Shown in pieces: positions 31,789 to 42,051 of a stretch of DNA of 56,964 nucleotides. How positions within the stretch are numbered: the stretch's first letter is position 1; every line of letters begins with the position of its first letter. The notes below the pieces were generated by a model. The model worked only from the letters and a program-made list of their open reading frames with translations. It was not told the DNA's origin and did not search any database. Both the position numbers and the translations under genes were made by a program. The DNA is taken from the NCBI GenBank assembly GCA_947176335.1, contig CAMWQE010000001.1, positions 1 through 56,964 on the forward strand, given 5' to 3'. Source of the stretch: an uncultured Porphyromonadaceae bacterium. GTDB lineage: Bacteria; Bacteroidota; Bacteroidia; Bacteroidales; Muribaculaceae.

Positions 31789-31897
31789 TGCTTCCCGTCC
31801 AATATACCATGTTTAATAGTATCATAAATGCCGTTATTCCGTGAAATTAGCTTAACTTTGCCGAAGATATTTTCAGTATAAGATAATATAAAAGTCG

Positions 31898-32920
31898 ATG
31901 AGGAAAACAATTATACTGCTTTGCACTGCCGCTGCATTGTGTGCTCATGCCGATGAGCCGTCAGACAATGAGCTTGTAAATCTTCAGGCAGAAGTAAGGC
32001 TTGATTATCAGCGTGATTGGCAGGACGGTACCGACATCAAGGACAATTCCGGCTTTGAAGGTAAATACATCAACTTCCGGGTTGACGGTACTATAACAGA
32101 CGGACTTACTTACTCTTGGCGCCAACGTTTGAACAAGCCTCATAAAGACTCATCTTTTTTTGATGCCACAGACTGGATATACCTCAATTATGAATTGGGC
32201 AAATGGTCAATCGCGGGAGGTAAGCAGATTGTTGCCATAGGTGGATGGGAATATGACCGTGCTCCGATTGACCTATATGGCTGTTCAGTGTTTTGGAATA
32301 ATATTCCATGTTATCAAATCGGAGGTTCCGTCAGCCTAAGCCCAACTTCCAATGACAAATTCACCTTCCAGTTCTGCGAGAGCCCTTTCTTCACGTCGGA
32401 GAACCGTAATATGTACGCGTATAATTTAATGTGGAATTGCCGCCACAGTTTCTATGAGGCAATTTGGTCGGCAAACCTGATTGAATATGCGCAGGGGCGT
32501 TACATCACATATCTTGCCTTGGGCAATAAGTTCACCGCAAACAAAGTTTCCCTTGAACTTGACTTTATGAACCGTGCCTCATCACATCAGACATTTCTTT
32601 TCCGTGACATGTCAGTCATGGGTGAATTTAGTTATATCCCGTCTTCAAAATGGAAACTGTTTGCCAAGATGACCTATGATGTAAATAACACCCGATCTGA
32701 TGCGGATCTCTCTGTACTCCCCGGTACCGAACTTAAAATGATTGGTGCGGGAATAGAATTTTATCCTTTACTCAAAAAACGCCATAGCGTGCGGCTCCAC
32801 GCCAATGCTTTTTATTCATGGGGAAAGAATGCCTATGCCGGTGATGTGATGCAGAACAAGACAATGCTGATTGACTTCGGAGTTAAATGGAGAATGAATA
32901 TATTCTCGTTCAAACGTTAA
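31898..32920 (+). CDS. Outer-membrane beta-barrel porin
   Basis: Signal peptide, alternating aromatic strands, GKQ..AIGGWEYD motif; TAACTTTG at 31853-31860. Confidence 0.75.
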   Translation: MRKTIILLCTAAALCAHADEPSDNELVNLQAEVRLDYQRDWQDGTDIKDNSGFEGKYINFRVDGTITDGLTYSWRQRLNKPHKDSSFFDATDWIYLNYELGKWSIAGGKQIVAIGGWEYDRAPIDLYGCSVFWNNIPCYQIGGSVSLSPTSNDKFTFQFCESPFFTSENRNMYAYNLMWNCRHSFYEAIWSANLIEYAQGRYITYLALGNKFTANKVSLELDFMNRASSHQTFLFRDMSVMGEFSYIPSSKWKLFAKMTYDVNNTRSDADLSVLPGTELKMIGAGIEFYPLLKKRHSVRLHANAFYSWGKNAYAGDVMQNKTMLIDFGVKWRMNIFSFKR

Positions 32921-32929
32921 TACTGCCCC

Positions 32930-34099
32930 ATGCCACATACTGAGAAACCTTCATACAAGCGTTCCTTCTCCCTAAACAGGTTCATTCCCACTGGAGTACC
33001 TTGTCTGGTGATTGTATTTGCGCTTTTCTGGTACATAGGATCAATAATGGGAGTGCCCAATATGCTACGCACAATCATGTCAACTGCACATGACCTGCTG
33101 TTGAACACAGTCTTTTATCTGATGGGAATCTGTGTGATAACCGGAGCAATAGGGCGCCTTTTTGTTGAGTTTGGAGTAGTAAAGCTTCTTGAAAACATAC
33201 TACGCCCCCTTATGCGTCCCCTGTTCAACCTGCCCGGAGTAGCTGCACTTGGTGCGACTATGACATTCCTCAGCGACAATCCGGCGATAATATCCCTTTC
33301 ACAAGACCGCCGCTTTAGCCGCTATTTCAAGAAATTCCAATATATCTCTCTGACTAATTTCGGCACGGCATTTGGCATGGGGCTTCTCGTAATAGTATTC
33401 ATGGTAGGACAAGGGTACTATATTGAACCTGTCATAGGTCTTTTCGGTGCATTTTGCGGCTGCATTGTGTCGACCCGCTTGATGCAGCGCTTCATAATAA
33501 ATGCTTATCCCGACTATGCGATTGAGGAAGCTGTAACCCATGAAGCTGAAACTCTGGAAGAGGAGAACAGTGACATTGAATCAAAATCGGTTTTCATACG
33601 TGTCCTTAACTCGCTGCTTGATGGAGGACGGACTGGGGTTGATGTCGGCATCGCAATAATTCCGGGTGTTCTCATAATCTCAACCCTTGTCATGATTCTC
33701 ACTTTCGGAGCGGCAGAGGAGGGATATACCGGGGGTGCCTATGAGGGAATAGAGCTCCTACCATGGCTTGCTTCAAAAATTAATTTCATATTTGAATGGC
33801 TGTTTGGCTTCAAGGACCCGCATCTCGTGGCATTCCCTATCACTGCACTTGGAGCCGTAGGCGCCGCACTTGGGCTTGTTCCTAACTTTGCCGCTCAAGG
33901 CTGGATAGATGGTAATGCCATAGCTGTTTTCACTGCAATCGGAATGTGCTGGAGCGGATACCTCAGCACCCACACTGCTATGCTTGACTCCCTCGGCTAT
34001 CGCGAGCTTACTCCCAAGGCTATAATTGCGCATACGATAGGCGGGATTGTTGCAGCCATCGTTGCGCACATGACTTATCTGCTTGTCAGCCTCTTCTGA
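32930..34099 (+). CDS. Inner-membrane protein, Gate/nucleoside-recognition-like (CD0519/CD1768-type)
   Basis: LRPLMRPLFNLPG, TFLSDNPAI, GYLSTHTAMLD; multiple TM helices. Confidence 0.7.
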   Translation: MPHTEKPSYKRSFSLNRFIPTGVPCLVIVFALFWYIGSIMGVPNMLRTIMSTAHDLLLNTVFYLMGICVITGAIGRLFVEFGVVKLLENILRPLMRPLFNLPGVAALGATMTFLSDNPAIISLSQDRRFSRYFKKFQYISLTNFGTAFGMGLLVIVFMVGQGYYIEPVIGLFGAFCGCIVSTRLMQRFIINAYPDYAIEEAVTHEAETLEEENSDIESKSVFIRVLNSLLDGGRTGVDVGIAIIPGVLIISTLVMILTFGAAEEGYTGGAYEGIELLPWLASKINFIFEWLFGFKDPHLVAFPITALGAVGAALGLVPNFAAQGWIDGNAIAVFTAIGMCWSGYLSTHTAMLDSLGYRELTPKAIIAHTIGGIVAAIVAHMTYLLVSLF

Positions 34100-34129
34100 C
34101 AAAGGCACAACACTTATTATCTATAGCAT

Positions 34130-34173
34130 AAAAATGACCGGCGTGCTCTCCATAATGGGTTGACACGCCGGTC
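34130..34173. terminator. Probably bidirectional terminator between membrane-protein gene and ncRNA
   Basis: GACCGGCGTG...CACGCCGGTC stem; T run on the minus strand. Confidence 0.75.
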
Positions 34174-34182
34174 TTATAAATT

Positions 34183-34359
34183 CCACACCAAAGGATGCGA
34201 TGAAACTCCGAATGACAGGATTTGAGTGCTCGCCTGTCTTTGTAATCCGCCTGGGCATAAATGCCTCCCCCGAAGGGGATGGGGCCCGCCATTGACCGGC
34301 TAAGCTTGTCTCGGTATTTCAAAAGTAATTGATGAGTTTCCCAATCTACTTTGATGTGG
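34183..34359 (-). ncRNA. 6S-like rod-shaped RNA (candidate)
   Basis: Ends pair CCACATCAAAG/CTTTGGTGTGG and GAAACTC/GAGTTTC, central unpaired bubble, apical cUUCGg loop; promoter TATCTTTG 34423-34430 and downstream terminator on minus strand. Confidence 0.7.
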
Positions 34360-34491
34360 TATACTTTGAAGCTATATTGTTTTTCTCATCCTCTGAAGCT
34401 CTCTCGCTTCATTTATACAACACAAAGATAGCGGTTGAAGTTCGGAAAAACAAATTCCATCATATTTTTTTCAAAAAATTTTTGATGCTGT

Positions 34492-34528
34492 TGTAACTTT
34501 GCACGCGTCATTTCCCTCTAATAAATGA
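34492..34528 (+). promoter_or_regulatory. Putative ECF-sigma promoter (copy 2), overlapping a TAACTTTG element
   Basis: Same motif and spacing as 5294-5330; 50 nt upstream of ABC ATPase start. Confidence 0.7.
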
Positions 34529-34578
34529 ATCCGGCAAAAAAACTGCATCTAGCTAAGCCGACCAAACAGTAAAACAAG

Positions 34579-35262
34579 ATGATTATAGAACTAAAGGATG
34601 TAAACAAAACCTATCCCGGCGCAGTACCCCTCCATGTACTCAAAGGCATTGACCTGGAGATAGCCAAAGGAGAGCTGGTGTCAATCATGGGCGCTTCCGG
34701 CTCCGGCAAGTCCACCCTCCTCAATATTTTAGGTATTCTTGACAATTACGATTCCGGTGAATATTATCTTGACGGGGTTCTAATCAAGAATCTGAGCGAA
34801 AACAAGGCGGCAGAGCTGCGCAACCGCATGATTGGCTTTGTTTTCCAGAGCTTTAACCTTATCAGCTATAAAAATGCGCTTGAAAATGTTGCGTTACCCC
34901 TGTTCTATCAGGGCGTGTCCCGCCGCAAGCGTAATGCGCTGGCTATGGAGCAGCTTGAAAGAATGGGACTTGCCGACCGCGCCCACCATCTTCCCGGCGA
35001 ACTCTCCGGAGGTCAGAAGCAGAGAGTGGCTATTGCGCGTTCCCTCATCACCAAGCCATCAATCATTCTTGCGGATGAACCTACCGGTGCGCTTGACTCG
35101 CACACTTCCACCGAAGTGATGAATGTGTTCCGTCACCTTAACGAGGAAGGCATGACTATCATCATCGTCACACACGACCCTAAGGTCGGAGCAGCGACAG
35201 ACCGTATCATCCGTATTGAAGACGGAATTATCCAACCCGAAAAGCCCCAGATTCATGTTTGA
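34579..35262 (+). CDS. ABC transporter ATP-binding protein (LolD/MacB type)
   Basis: GASGSGKST, FVFQSFNL, LSGGQKQR, LADEPTGALD. Confidence 0.95.
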   Translation: MIIELKDVNKTYPGAVPLHVLKGIDLEIAKGELVSIMGASGSGKSTLLNILGILDNYDSGEYYLDGVLIKNLSENKAAELRNRMIGFVFQSFNLISYKNALENVALPLFYQGVSRRKRNALAMEQLERMGLADRAHHLPGELSGGQKQRVAIARSLITKPSIILADEPTGALDSHTSTEVMNVFRHLNEEGMTIIIVTHDPKVGAATDRIIRIEDGIIQPEKPQIHV

Positions 35263-36481
35263 TTTGATAAGAGAAATCGGGCAGACTATCCGCAACAACA
35301 AGCTGCGCACATTCCTCACCGGGTTTGCCGTGACATGGGGCATTTTCATGCTCATCGTGCTGCTCGGCATGGCTCGTGGAGTAACCAACTCATTCGAGGA
35401 CAGGAGTTCTCCCGAGAGAAACCGGCGCATCAATGTGTACCGCGGCGTAACAAACAAACCCTACAAGGGATACAAGGAGGGTCGGCAGGTGAATCTCAAG
35501 GCAGAGGATATAGACCTGATTGTGCGGAACCACCCGGATATAGTGAAAGAGGTTGCCGCATACAAGTACCTCAACACAGATAATATATCTTCAACCAAAG
35601 ATTATGTATCCGGAAGCATCGAAGGGGTTTTCCCCGCAGAACAAGGGATGTACAGTATCGACATGATGTATGGCAGGTTCATCAACAATGCCGATATAGA
35701 ATACCAGCGCAAAGTGCTTGTGCTTGGCAAAGCTGATGCCGCGACATTGTTTGGCGACGCATCAAAGGCTGTGGGACAATACGTAAAGGCAAACAATCTG
35801 TCTTGGCTTGTGGTAGGAGTGTATGACCACAGATGGCTTGAAGACAAATATGCGCCGTTCTCCACCGTGATGACCTTGTCTGGCTCCGACGGAAACATTT
35901 CCAACCTGCAGGTGCTTCTTACTGAAAAAGGGGTAAGCACCCTGGCTGCCTCGGAAGAGGCGACAGAGGAGGTTCGCGCCACACTCGCGCAAGCACATGA
36001 GTTTGACAAGACAGACCAGAGCGCATTGTATCTGTATAATTCATTTGCAAGCTATCTCAGGGAGAAGGATGCATTGGGTTATCTGCATATAGCAATACTT
36101 GTTATCGGCATACTGACTCTGTTGAGCGGAATAGTAGGTGTAAGCAACATCATGTTCGTGTCGGTGCGGGAGCGCACGCATGAAATCGGCATCCGACGTG
36201 CTATCGGAGCAAAACCGCATTCGATACTTTGGCAGATAGTGCTTGAAAGCGTTGCGATCACAACAATATTCGGCTACATCGGCATATTCTTCGGAATGCT
36301 GGTGATGCAGGTTGTTGACCACTTCTTCGGAAACTCGGATGTGCTTCACAATCCGACAGTGGATATCTCCATAGCAATCGAAGTGACAATCGTGCTTATC
36401 ATTGCCGGAGCGCTTGCCGGGCTCTTCCCGGCTCTCAAAGCCACAAAAGTTAAACCCGTTGAAGCGCTGCGCGACGAATAA
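35255..36481 (+). CDS. MacB/FtsX-type ABC permease
   Basis: NKLRTFLT, VRERTHEIGIRRAIGA, KPVEALR; ATG 35255 overlaps ATPase stop. Confidence 0.92.
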   Translation: MFDLIREIGQTIRNNKLRTFLTGFAVTWGIFMLIVLLGMARGVTNSFEDRSSPERNRRINVYRGVTNKPYKGYKEGRQVNLKAEDIDLIVRNHPDIVKEVAAYKYLNTDNISSTKDYVSGSIEGVFPAEQGMYSIDMMYGRFINNADIEYQRKVLVLGKADAATLFGDASKAVGQYVKANNLSWLVVGVYDHRWLEDKYAPFSTVMTLSGSDGNISNLQVLLTEKGVSTLAASEEATEEVRATLAQAHEFDKTDQSALYLYNSFASYLREKDALGYLHIAILVIGILTLLSGIVGVSNIMFVSVRERTHEIGIRRAIGAKPHSILWQIVLESVAITTIFGYIGIFFGMLVMQVVDHFFGNSDVLHNPTVDISIAIEVTIVLIIAGALAGLFPALKATKVKPVEALRDE

Positions 36482-36495
36482 AAAACATCATTGCA

Positions 36496-37743
36496 ATGAA
36501 AAATCCTGTTTTTGACATAGAGAACTGGCGCGAAATCGGAGCGACACTCGCCAGAAACAAAACACGCACATTCCTCACCGCATTCGGTATTTTCTGGGGA
36601 ACCGCGATGCTCTCCCTGCTATGGGGAGGAGCCGGAGGACTCAAAGGAATGCTCATGCGAAACTTCAACGGAGTTGAAACAAACCTTGGAGCAATTTTCC
36701 CCAGTCGCACCACAATGCCTTACAAAGGGTTCAACAAAGGGCTGCGCTGGAGCCTGAATGAAAACGACCTTGCGGACATCCGCCGTATGACTCCCGGCAT
36801 AGAGCTCTCCTCCGGAGTCAGTACACTTTATACCAACCTCGCATACGGAACAAAAGGAAAAAACCTCAGCGTAAGCGGCGTTGACCCGGATTTCTTCGCA
36901 ATTCAAAAGCCTATCATCATTAAAGGAAGGCAGCTGAATGAAACCGATGAATTTGAAAATCGCAAGGTGGTTGTAATAGGCAAAAGCGTTGCCGATGAGA
37001 TTTTCGGCAATGAAGAGTGCCTTGGAAAATTCGTCAACATCGGAAACGTATTTTTTCAGGTTGTAGGAGTTGTGGCACAGGCAAACGAGGCGAATATCGG
37101 CAGCAGGCTTGATGAGAGCGCAGTAATACCGGGCTCAACCATGCGCCGCGCACTGAATCTGAGAAACAACTGGGGTTTCTTCATATTCACTGCAAAAAGA
37201 GGCATAGACCCGGATGAACTTAAACCTTATATTATAAGATCGATCCGAAACAACCATCCTATCCATCCGGATGACGAGCCTGCAATAAGAATGATGAACA
37301 TGGCGGAAGCATTCCGCATGGTCGACAACCTTTTCCTCGGAGTGAGCCTGCTTGCACTGTTTGTAGGTGCCGGAACTCTCATCGCCGGAATAATCGGAGT
37401 AGGCAATATCATGTGGATTATCGTAAAAGAGCGCACTCAGGAGATTGGCATCCGCAGGGCTATCGGAGCAAAACCGCGTGACATCATCGTGCAGATTCTT
37501 TCAGAAGGAATGGTGCTTACAGCAATTGCCGGAATAGCCGGAATATGCTTTGCAACCCTTGTGCTGACAATTGTCGACCATGCCACTTACGATGAATGGC
37601 TCGGAAGCGCACATTTCCAGTTGCAGTTCTCCCATGCCATAACAATTATGGCTGTGTTTCTGGTGCTCGGCACGATTGCCGGACTCATCCCCGCTGTCAA
37701 GGCGATGCGCATCAAACCTGTTGAAGCTATGCGTGACAAATAA
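36496..37743 (+). CDS. MacB/FtsX-type ABC permease
   Basis: NKTRTFLT, VKERTQEIGIRRAIGA, KPVEAMR. Confidence 0.92.
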   Translation: MKNPVFDIENWREIGATLARNKTRTFLTAFGIFWGTAMLSLLWGGAGGLKGMLMRNFNGVETNLGAIFPSRTTMPYKGFNKGLRWSLNENDLADIRRMTPGIELSSGVSTLYTNLAYGTKGKNLSVSGVDPDFFAIQKPIIIKGRQLNETDEFENRKVVVIGKSVADEIFGNEECLGKFVNIGNVFFQVVGVVAQANEANIGSRLDESAVIPGSTMRRALNLRNNWGFFIFTAKRGIDPDELKPYIIRSIRNNHPIHPDDEPAIRMMNMAEAFRMVDNLFLGVSLLALFVGAGTLIAGIIGVGNIMWIIVKERTQEIGIRRAIGAKPRDIIVQILSEGMVLTAIAGIAGICFATLVLTIVDHATYDEWLGSAHFQLQFSHAITIMAVFLVLGTIAGLIPAVKAMRIKPVEAMRDK

Positions 37744-37779
37744 ATAAAGAAATAATAATTAAATACTTACATATACAAT

Positions 37780-38883
37780 ATGAAAAAGTTTTTCAAAATC
37801 CTGCTATGGGTTGTCGTTGGCATCCTCTTTATCGGAACCTTCGTGTTTCTCTACCTGAACTCCAAACCTGAGAAAACCGAATACGCTATTGTTTCTCCTG
37901 AAAACGGAACAATTGAAAAGACAACTGTACTTACCGGCAAAATCGAGCCACGCGACGAAATCAACATCAAGCCGCAGATTTCCGGCATCATAACCGAAAT
38001 AAATGTTGAACCGGGCGATGTTGTGAAAGAGGGAGATATCATTGCTAAAATCAAGGTGATACCTGAGGCATCATCCCTTTCCTCAGCACTCAGCAGAGTG
38101 GAGAGCGCACGCATTTCGCTTGATGACGCCACTTCCAAATTCGAGCGCAACAAGCAGCTCTATGAAAAGAAGATTATCAGCAAAGAAGAATTTGAGACCT
38201 CACAGACCGCATGGCAACAGGCAAAGCGTGAAGTTGACGCTGCAAACGACTCATATAACATTGTCCGTGAAGGCGTGAGCAAGTACAACGCACAGGAGAG
38301 CAATACCCTTGTACGCGCAACTATCGGAGGCATCATCCTTGATGTTCCTGTAAAAGTCGGCACATCTGTCATTCAGGCTAACACATTCAATGACGGTACG
38401 ACAGTGGCTACCATCGCCGATATGACCAACCTGATTTTTAAAGGCAAAGTTGACGAAACAGAGGTTGGACAGCTCAAGGTAGGCATGCCTATGACAATTG
38501 CCATCGGCGCTATGCCTGACGCGCATCCTCATGCAACAATCGAATACATCGCTCCTAAAGGAGTGGAGGAGAACGGGACAAACACATTCGAGATTAAAGC
38601 CGCATTGGAAATTGACTCTATCGGCTCACTCCGTTCCGGCTACAGCGCCAATGCCACAGTGACTTTGAGCAACAGCAGCAATGTACTCACTGTTCCAGAA
38701 TCGGTTGTTGAGTTCACCGGTGACAGCACCTTTGTTTACATCCTCACCGACACAGCCTCGACAGAACAGAACTTCAAGAGAGTTCCCATTGTCACCGGCA
38801 ACAGCGACGGCATCAAGATTGAGGTCAAAGAGGGTATTGACAGCATAGCAAAACTGAGAGGCGAACTTATCAAGAAACAGTAA
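37780..38883 (+). CDS. MacA-like periplasmic adaptor
   Basis: N-terminal anchor, IKPQISGII lipoyl half, helical hairpin, VDETEVG. Confidence 0.9.
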   Translation: MKKFFKILLWVVVGILFIGTFVFLYLNSKPEKTEYAIVSPENGTIEKTTVLTGKIEPRDEINIKPQISGIITEINVEPGDVVKEGDIIAKIKVIPEASSLSSALSRVESARISLDDATSKFERNKQLYEKKIISKEEFETSQTAWQQAKREVDAANDSYNIVREGVSKYNAQESNTLVRATIGGIILDVPVKVGTSVIQANTFNDGTTVATIADMTNLIFKGKVDETEVGQLKVGMPMTIAIGAMPDAHPHATIEYIAPKGVEENGTNTFEIKAALEIDSIGSLRSGYSANATVTLSNSSNVLTVPESVVEFTGDSTFVYILTDTASTEQNFKRVPIVTGNSDGIKIEVKEGIDSIAKLRGELIKKQ

Positions 38884-38895
38884 ACGCAACGTCAA

Positions 38896-40200
38896 ATGAA
38901 GAAAGTCATTATATCACTCGCAGTACTGCTTTGCGCACCTGCCGGTTTTGCGCAGGCATGGAGCCTTGACAGCTGCATCACATACGCTGTGAACCATAAC
39001 CTAACGGTAAAGAGCCGCGAACTCAGCACTGTGTCCGGTGAGCTTGACATAGTAGAGGCAAAGGACCGGTTCCTGCCTAATGTCGCCGCCGGGGCAAGCC
39101 AGTCATTCAGTTTCGGTCGAGGACTTACGGCTGAAAACACCTATGCCAACCGCAACACCTCTAACTTCGGCTGGAATGTCGGGCTACAGCTCCCTATTTT
39201 CCAGGGACTTCGCAATGTGCGCAATCTTGATTATGCAAAAGCGAATCTACGCACAATGGTGGAGCAACTCGAAAGCGCCAAGGATGATATCACCCTCAAC
39301 GTTATCGCACAATACCTGCAGGCACTCTACTGCCAGGAAATGGTTAAAGTCGCTGCGGAACAGGTACGTCTCTCCACTGTAGAGCTTGAACGCAGGAAGG
39401 AGCTGCTTGACGCCGGTAAAATCCCCGAACTTGACATGCTTCAGGCAAAATCACAGCTTGCACAGGATGAACTCACCGAAGTAACGGCACAAAACAACTA
39501 TGCTCTCGCCTTGGTAGACTTGTCCCAACTCCTTGAACTTGACTCTACGGAAGGATTCGACATAGCGCCTGTCGACACCGAGACTCCCCTGCCACTGTAC
39601 AATGCCGAAAATGTCTATTCCGCGGCACTCACCACTAACCATTCGATAAAAGCGTCGGAACTTATGGTTGAATCCGCAGGTAAAGCTGTTAAGCTCGCTA
39701 AAAGCGGATGGCTCCCCACGCTCTCTTTCAGCGCAGGGTTAGGTAGCAACTACTACACTGTAAGCGGATATACTTCTGAAAACTTCGGTACGCAGATGCG
39801 CCATAATTTCAGCAAATCGCTCGGTTTTTCACTCAACATACCTATTTTCGACGGCTTTTCCACCAGAAATTCCGTGCGCAAGGCGAGAGTGCAGGAGATA
39901 AATGCCAAGTTGCAGCTCACCGACACCAAAAACAGAGTTTACAAGTCCATACAGACCGCTTATACCCAAGCTGTTGCCGCTGAAAAACGTAAGATTTCAA
40001 GTGCGGTGGCAAGCGAGGCTACAGAAGCAGCACTTGAAGCTATGCGCCTAAAGTACAACTATGGCAAGGCGAATGCAACTGAATTTGAACAGGCTAAGAC
40101 TGCATATATCAAGGCTGTGAGCGATGCAGTACAGGCTAAGTACGAAAGCGTGCTCCGCAAACGCATCCTATCTTTCTACTACACCGGCAGCAACCGCTGA
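38896..40200 (+). CDS. TolC family outer-membrane protein
   Basis: WSLDSCITYA, FLPNV, WLPTL, IPIFDG. Confidence 0.92.
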   Translation: MKKVIISLAVLLCAPAGFAQAWSLDSCITYAVNHNLTVKSRELSTVSGELDIVEAKDRFLPNVAAGASQSFSFGRGLTAENTYANRNTSNFGWNVGLQLPIFQGLRNVRNLDYAKANLRTMVEQLESAKDDITLNVIAQYLQALYCQEMVKVAAEQVRLSTVELERRKELLDAGKIPELDMLQAKSQLAQDELTEVTAQNNYALALVDLSQLLELDSTEGFDIAPVDTETPLPLYNAENVYSAALTTNHSIKASELMVESAGKAVKLAKSGWLPTLSFSAGLGSNYYTVSGYTSENFGTQMRHNFSKSLGFSLNIPIFDGFSTRNSVRKARVQEINAKLQLTDTKNRVYKSIQTAYTQAVAAEKRKISSAVASEATEAALEAMRLKYNYGKANATEFEQAKTAYIKAVSDAVQAKYESVLRKRILSFYYTGSNR

Positions 40201-40220
40201 TTTTATCATAACTACCTCCC

Positions 40221-40261
40221 CTGCCCCGGAATGCTCCCAATGCCATTCCGGGGCAGTTTTG
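40221..40261 (+). terminator. Intrinsic terminator of ABC efflux operon
   Basis: CTGCCCCGGAATG...CATTCCGGGGCAG then TTTT. Confidence 0.8.
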
Positions 40262-40367
40262 CTGTTTATCAGGAGTTAAAGTTTTGGCGTTTTTGCTGAT
40301 TATTGCAAATTTTGATTATCTTTGCACAAAATTATGCCGTACAGCATTGTTTTACGATAGAAACGAT

Positions 40368-41066
40368 ATGATAAAAAGGGCACTTGAAAAGGTGATGACC
40401 CACGATTTGTCTGAGATCTGGACTATCCTGTCTCCGGACGAGAAGCGTAAAATCACCGATAATTTCAAGATTCACAATCTAAATAAGAATCAGATTATAT
40501 ATGCCGAGCAGGAAGAGCCCGAATTTCTCTGGTGTCTTCTCAAAGGCAAGGCTAAGTTATACAAGGACGGTGTTGGAGGACGCCAGCAGATTACGCGATT
40601 AATCAGACCGGTACAGTATTTCGGGTACAGGGCTTACTTCGCGCAGGAACTCTATGTCCACACCGCCGCTACCATTGAGCCGAGCGTGCTCGGATCGCTG
40701 CCGATGAAAGTTGTCGAGGAGATGATAGACGAGAACAGGCGACTCGCCTGGTTTTTCATCCACGAACTTTCGCGCAACCTCGGAAGCGCCGATACCCGTA
40801 TTGTCAACCTCACACAAAAACATATCCGTGGTAGACTCGCCGAAGCGCTCATTGTACTCAAAGATAATTACGGGTATGAGGATGACGGCACCACCCTTAG
40901 GATTTACATGGGTCGCGAGGATCTTGCAAACCTGTCGAACATGACAACAAGCAACGCAATAAGAACTCTCACAAGCTTTGTGAACGAGAAAATTATTATT
41001 GTGGACGGGCGCCAGATTAAAATCATAGATGAGCCTACTCTCCGAAAGATAAGCAAGTACGGATAA
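40368..41066 (+). CDS. Crp/Fnr family transcriptional regulator
   Basis: cNMP-like domain plus HTH (REDLANLSNMTTSNAIRTL); TATCTTTG at 40317-40324 favours ATG 40368. Confidence 0.92.
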   Translation: MIKRALEKVMTHDLSEIWTILSPDEKRKITDNFKIHNLNKNQIIYAEQEEPEFLWCLLKGKAKLYKDGVGGRQQITRLIRPVQYFGYRAYFAQELYVHTAATIEPSVLGSLPMKVVEEMIDENRRLAWFFIHELSRNLGSADTRIVNLTQKHIRGRLAEALIVLKDNYGYEDDGTTLRIYMGREDLANLSNMTTSNAIRTLTSFVNEKIIIVDGRQIKIIDEPTLRKISKYG

Positions 41067-41131
41067 CATTAGTGGATATTATTAATTGGATGCACCTGAG
41101 CTGTCGCGAGGGTGCATTCTTCTTATAGGTC

Positions 41132-42022
41132 ATGTGGATTCTCTTTGCACTCTGCTCAGCTTCATGCCTCGGAGTATATGACATAATGAAGAAAATGTCT
41201 GTCCGCGGCAACAATGTCCTTATTGTGCTGCTGCTCAATACCATTTTCGGTACAATGTTCATGCTGCCCGTAATTGCTCCGGGAGTCGCGCAAGGCTATT
41301 TCGGACTTGGCAACACCGGCATAGGACACCTGCATATTCTAATCAAGGCAATTATCGTACTCTCCTCATGGCTGTTAGGTTATTTCGCCATCAAGCATCT
41401 GCCACTCACCATCCAGGGTCCAATCAATGCCTCGCGTCCGGTAATGGTGCTCGTAGGTGCGGTGTTGATATTCGGGGAACATCTCAACCGGATTCAGTGG
41501 GTGGGAATATTGATAGGATTCTGCTCGCTGTTCCTGATTTCGCGTGCAGGAGCAAGCGAAGGTTTCTCGTTGCGCTCATCAAGATGGATATGGATGGCAA
41601 TCGGAGCGGCTGTGTTGGGTGCGGTCAGCGGACTGTACGATAAATACCTCATGACCCTGTACAAGCCGCTTGAAGTCCAGGCATGGTACTCTCTTTACCA
41701 GTGCCTTCTCATGACACTGACTATTTTCACTCTGCGCCGGATAAATCCCAATGCCGCGGGCGTGTCTACCCGATTCATCTGGAGATGGAGCATCCCCCTT
41801 ATATCGGTGTTTCTCACTGTGGCGGACATTGCCTACTTTTACTCCTTATCCATTGATGGCTCAATGGTTTCCATTGTGTCAATGATTCGTCGCGGAAGCG
41901 TAATTATACCTTTCATATATGGCGCCACTGTGCTTAGGGAAGGAAACCTGAAGGCTAAAACCATAGATCTCGCCCTTCTCATCATAAGTCTGGGCATGCT
42001 CATTGCCGGCAGCGGAAAGTAA
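41132..42022 (+). CDS. EamA/DMT family transporter
   Basis: About 10 TM helices in two repeats, LIFGEHL motif. Confidence 0.85.
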   Translation: MWILFALCSASCLGVYDIMKKMSVRGNNVLIVLLLNTIFGTMFMLPVIAPGVAQGYFGLGNTGIGHLHILIKAIIVLSSWLLGYFAIKHLPLTIQGPINASRPVMVLVGAVLIFGEHLNRIQWVGILIGFCSLFLISRAGASEGFSLRSSRWIWMAIGAAVLGAVSGLYDKYLMTLYKPLEVQAWYSLYQCLLMTLTIFTLRRINPNAAGVSTRFIWRWSIPLISVFLTVADIAYFYSLSIDGSMVSIVSMIRRGSVIIPFIYGATVLREGNLKAKTIDLALLIISLGMLIAGSGK

Positions 42023-42051
42023 ACGCCACACAATCCACATATCCGTAAAAA

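Noticed and set aside
34086-34322. 78-aa minus-strand ORF
   Set aside because: TTG start, lies in the structured RNA and runs through the terminator; no recognisable motif
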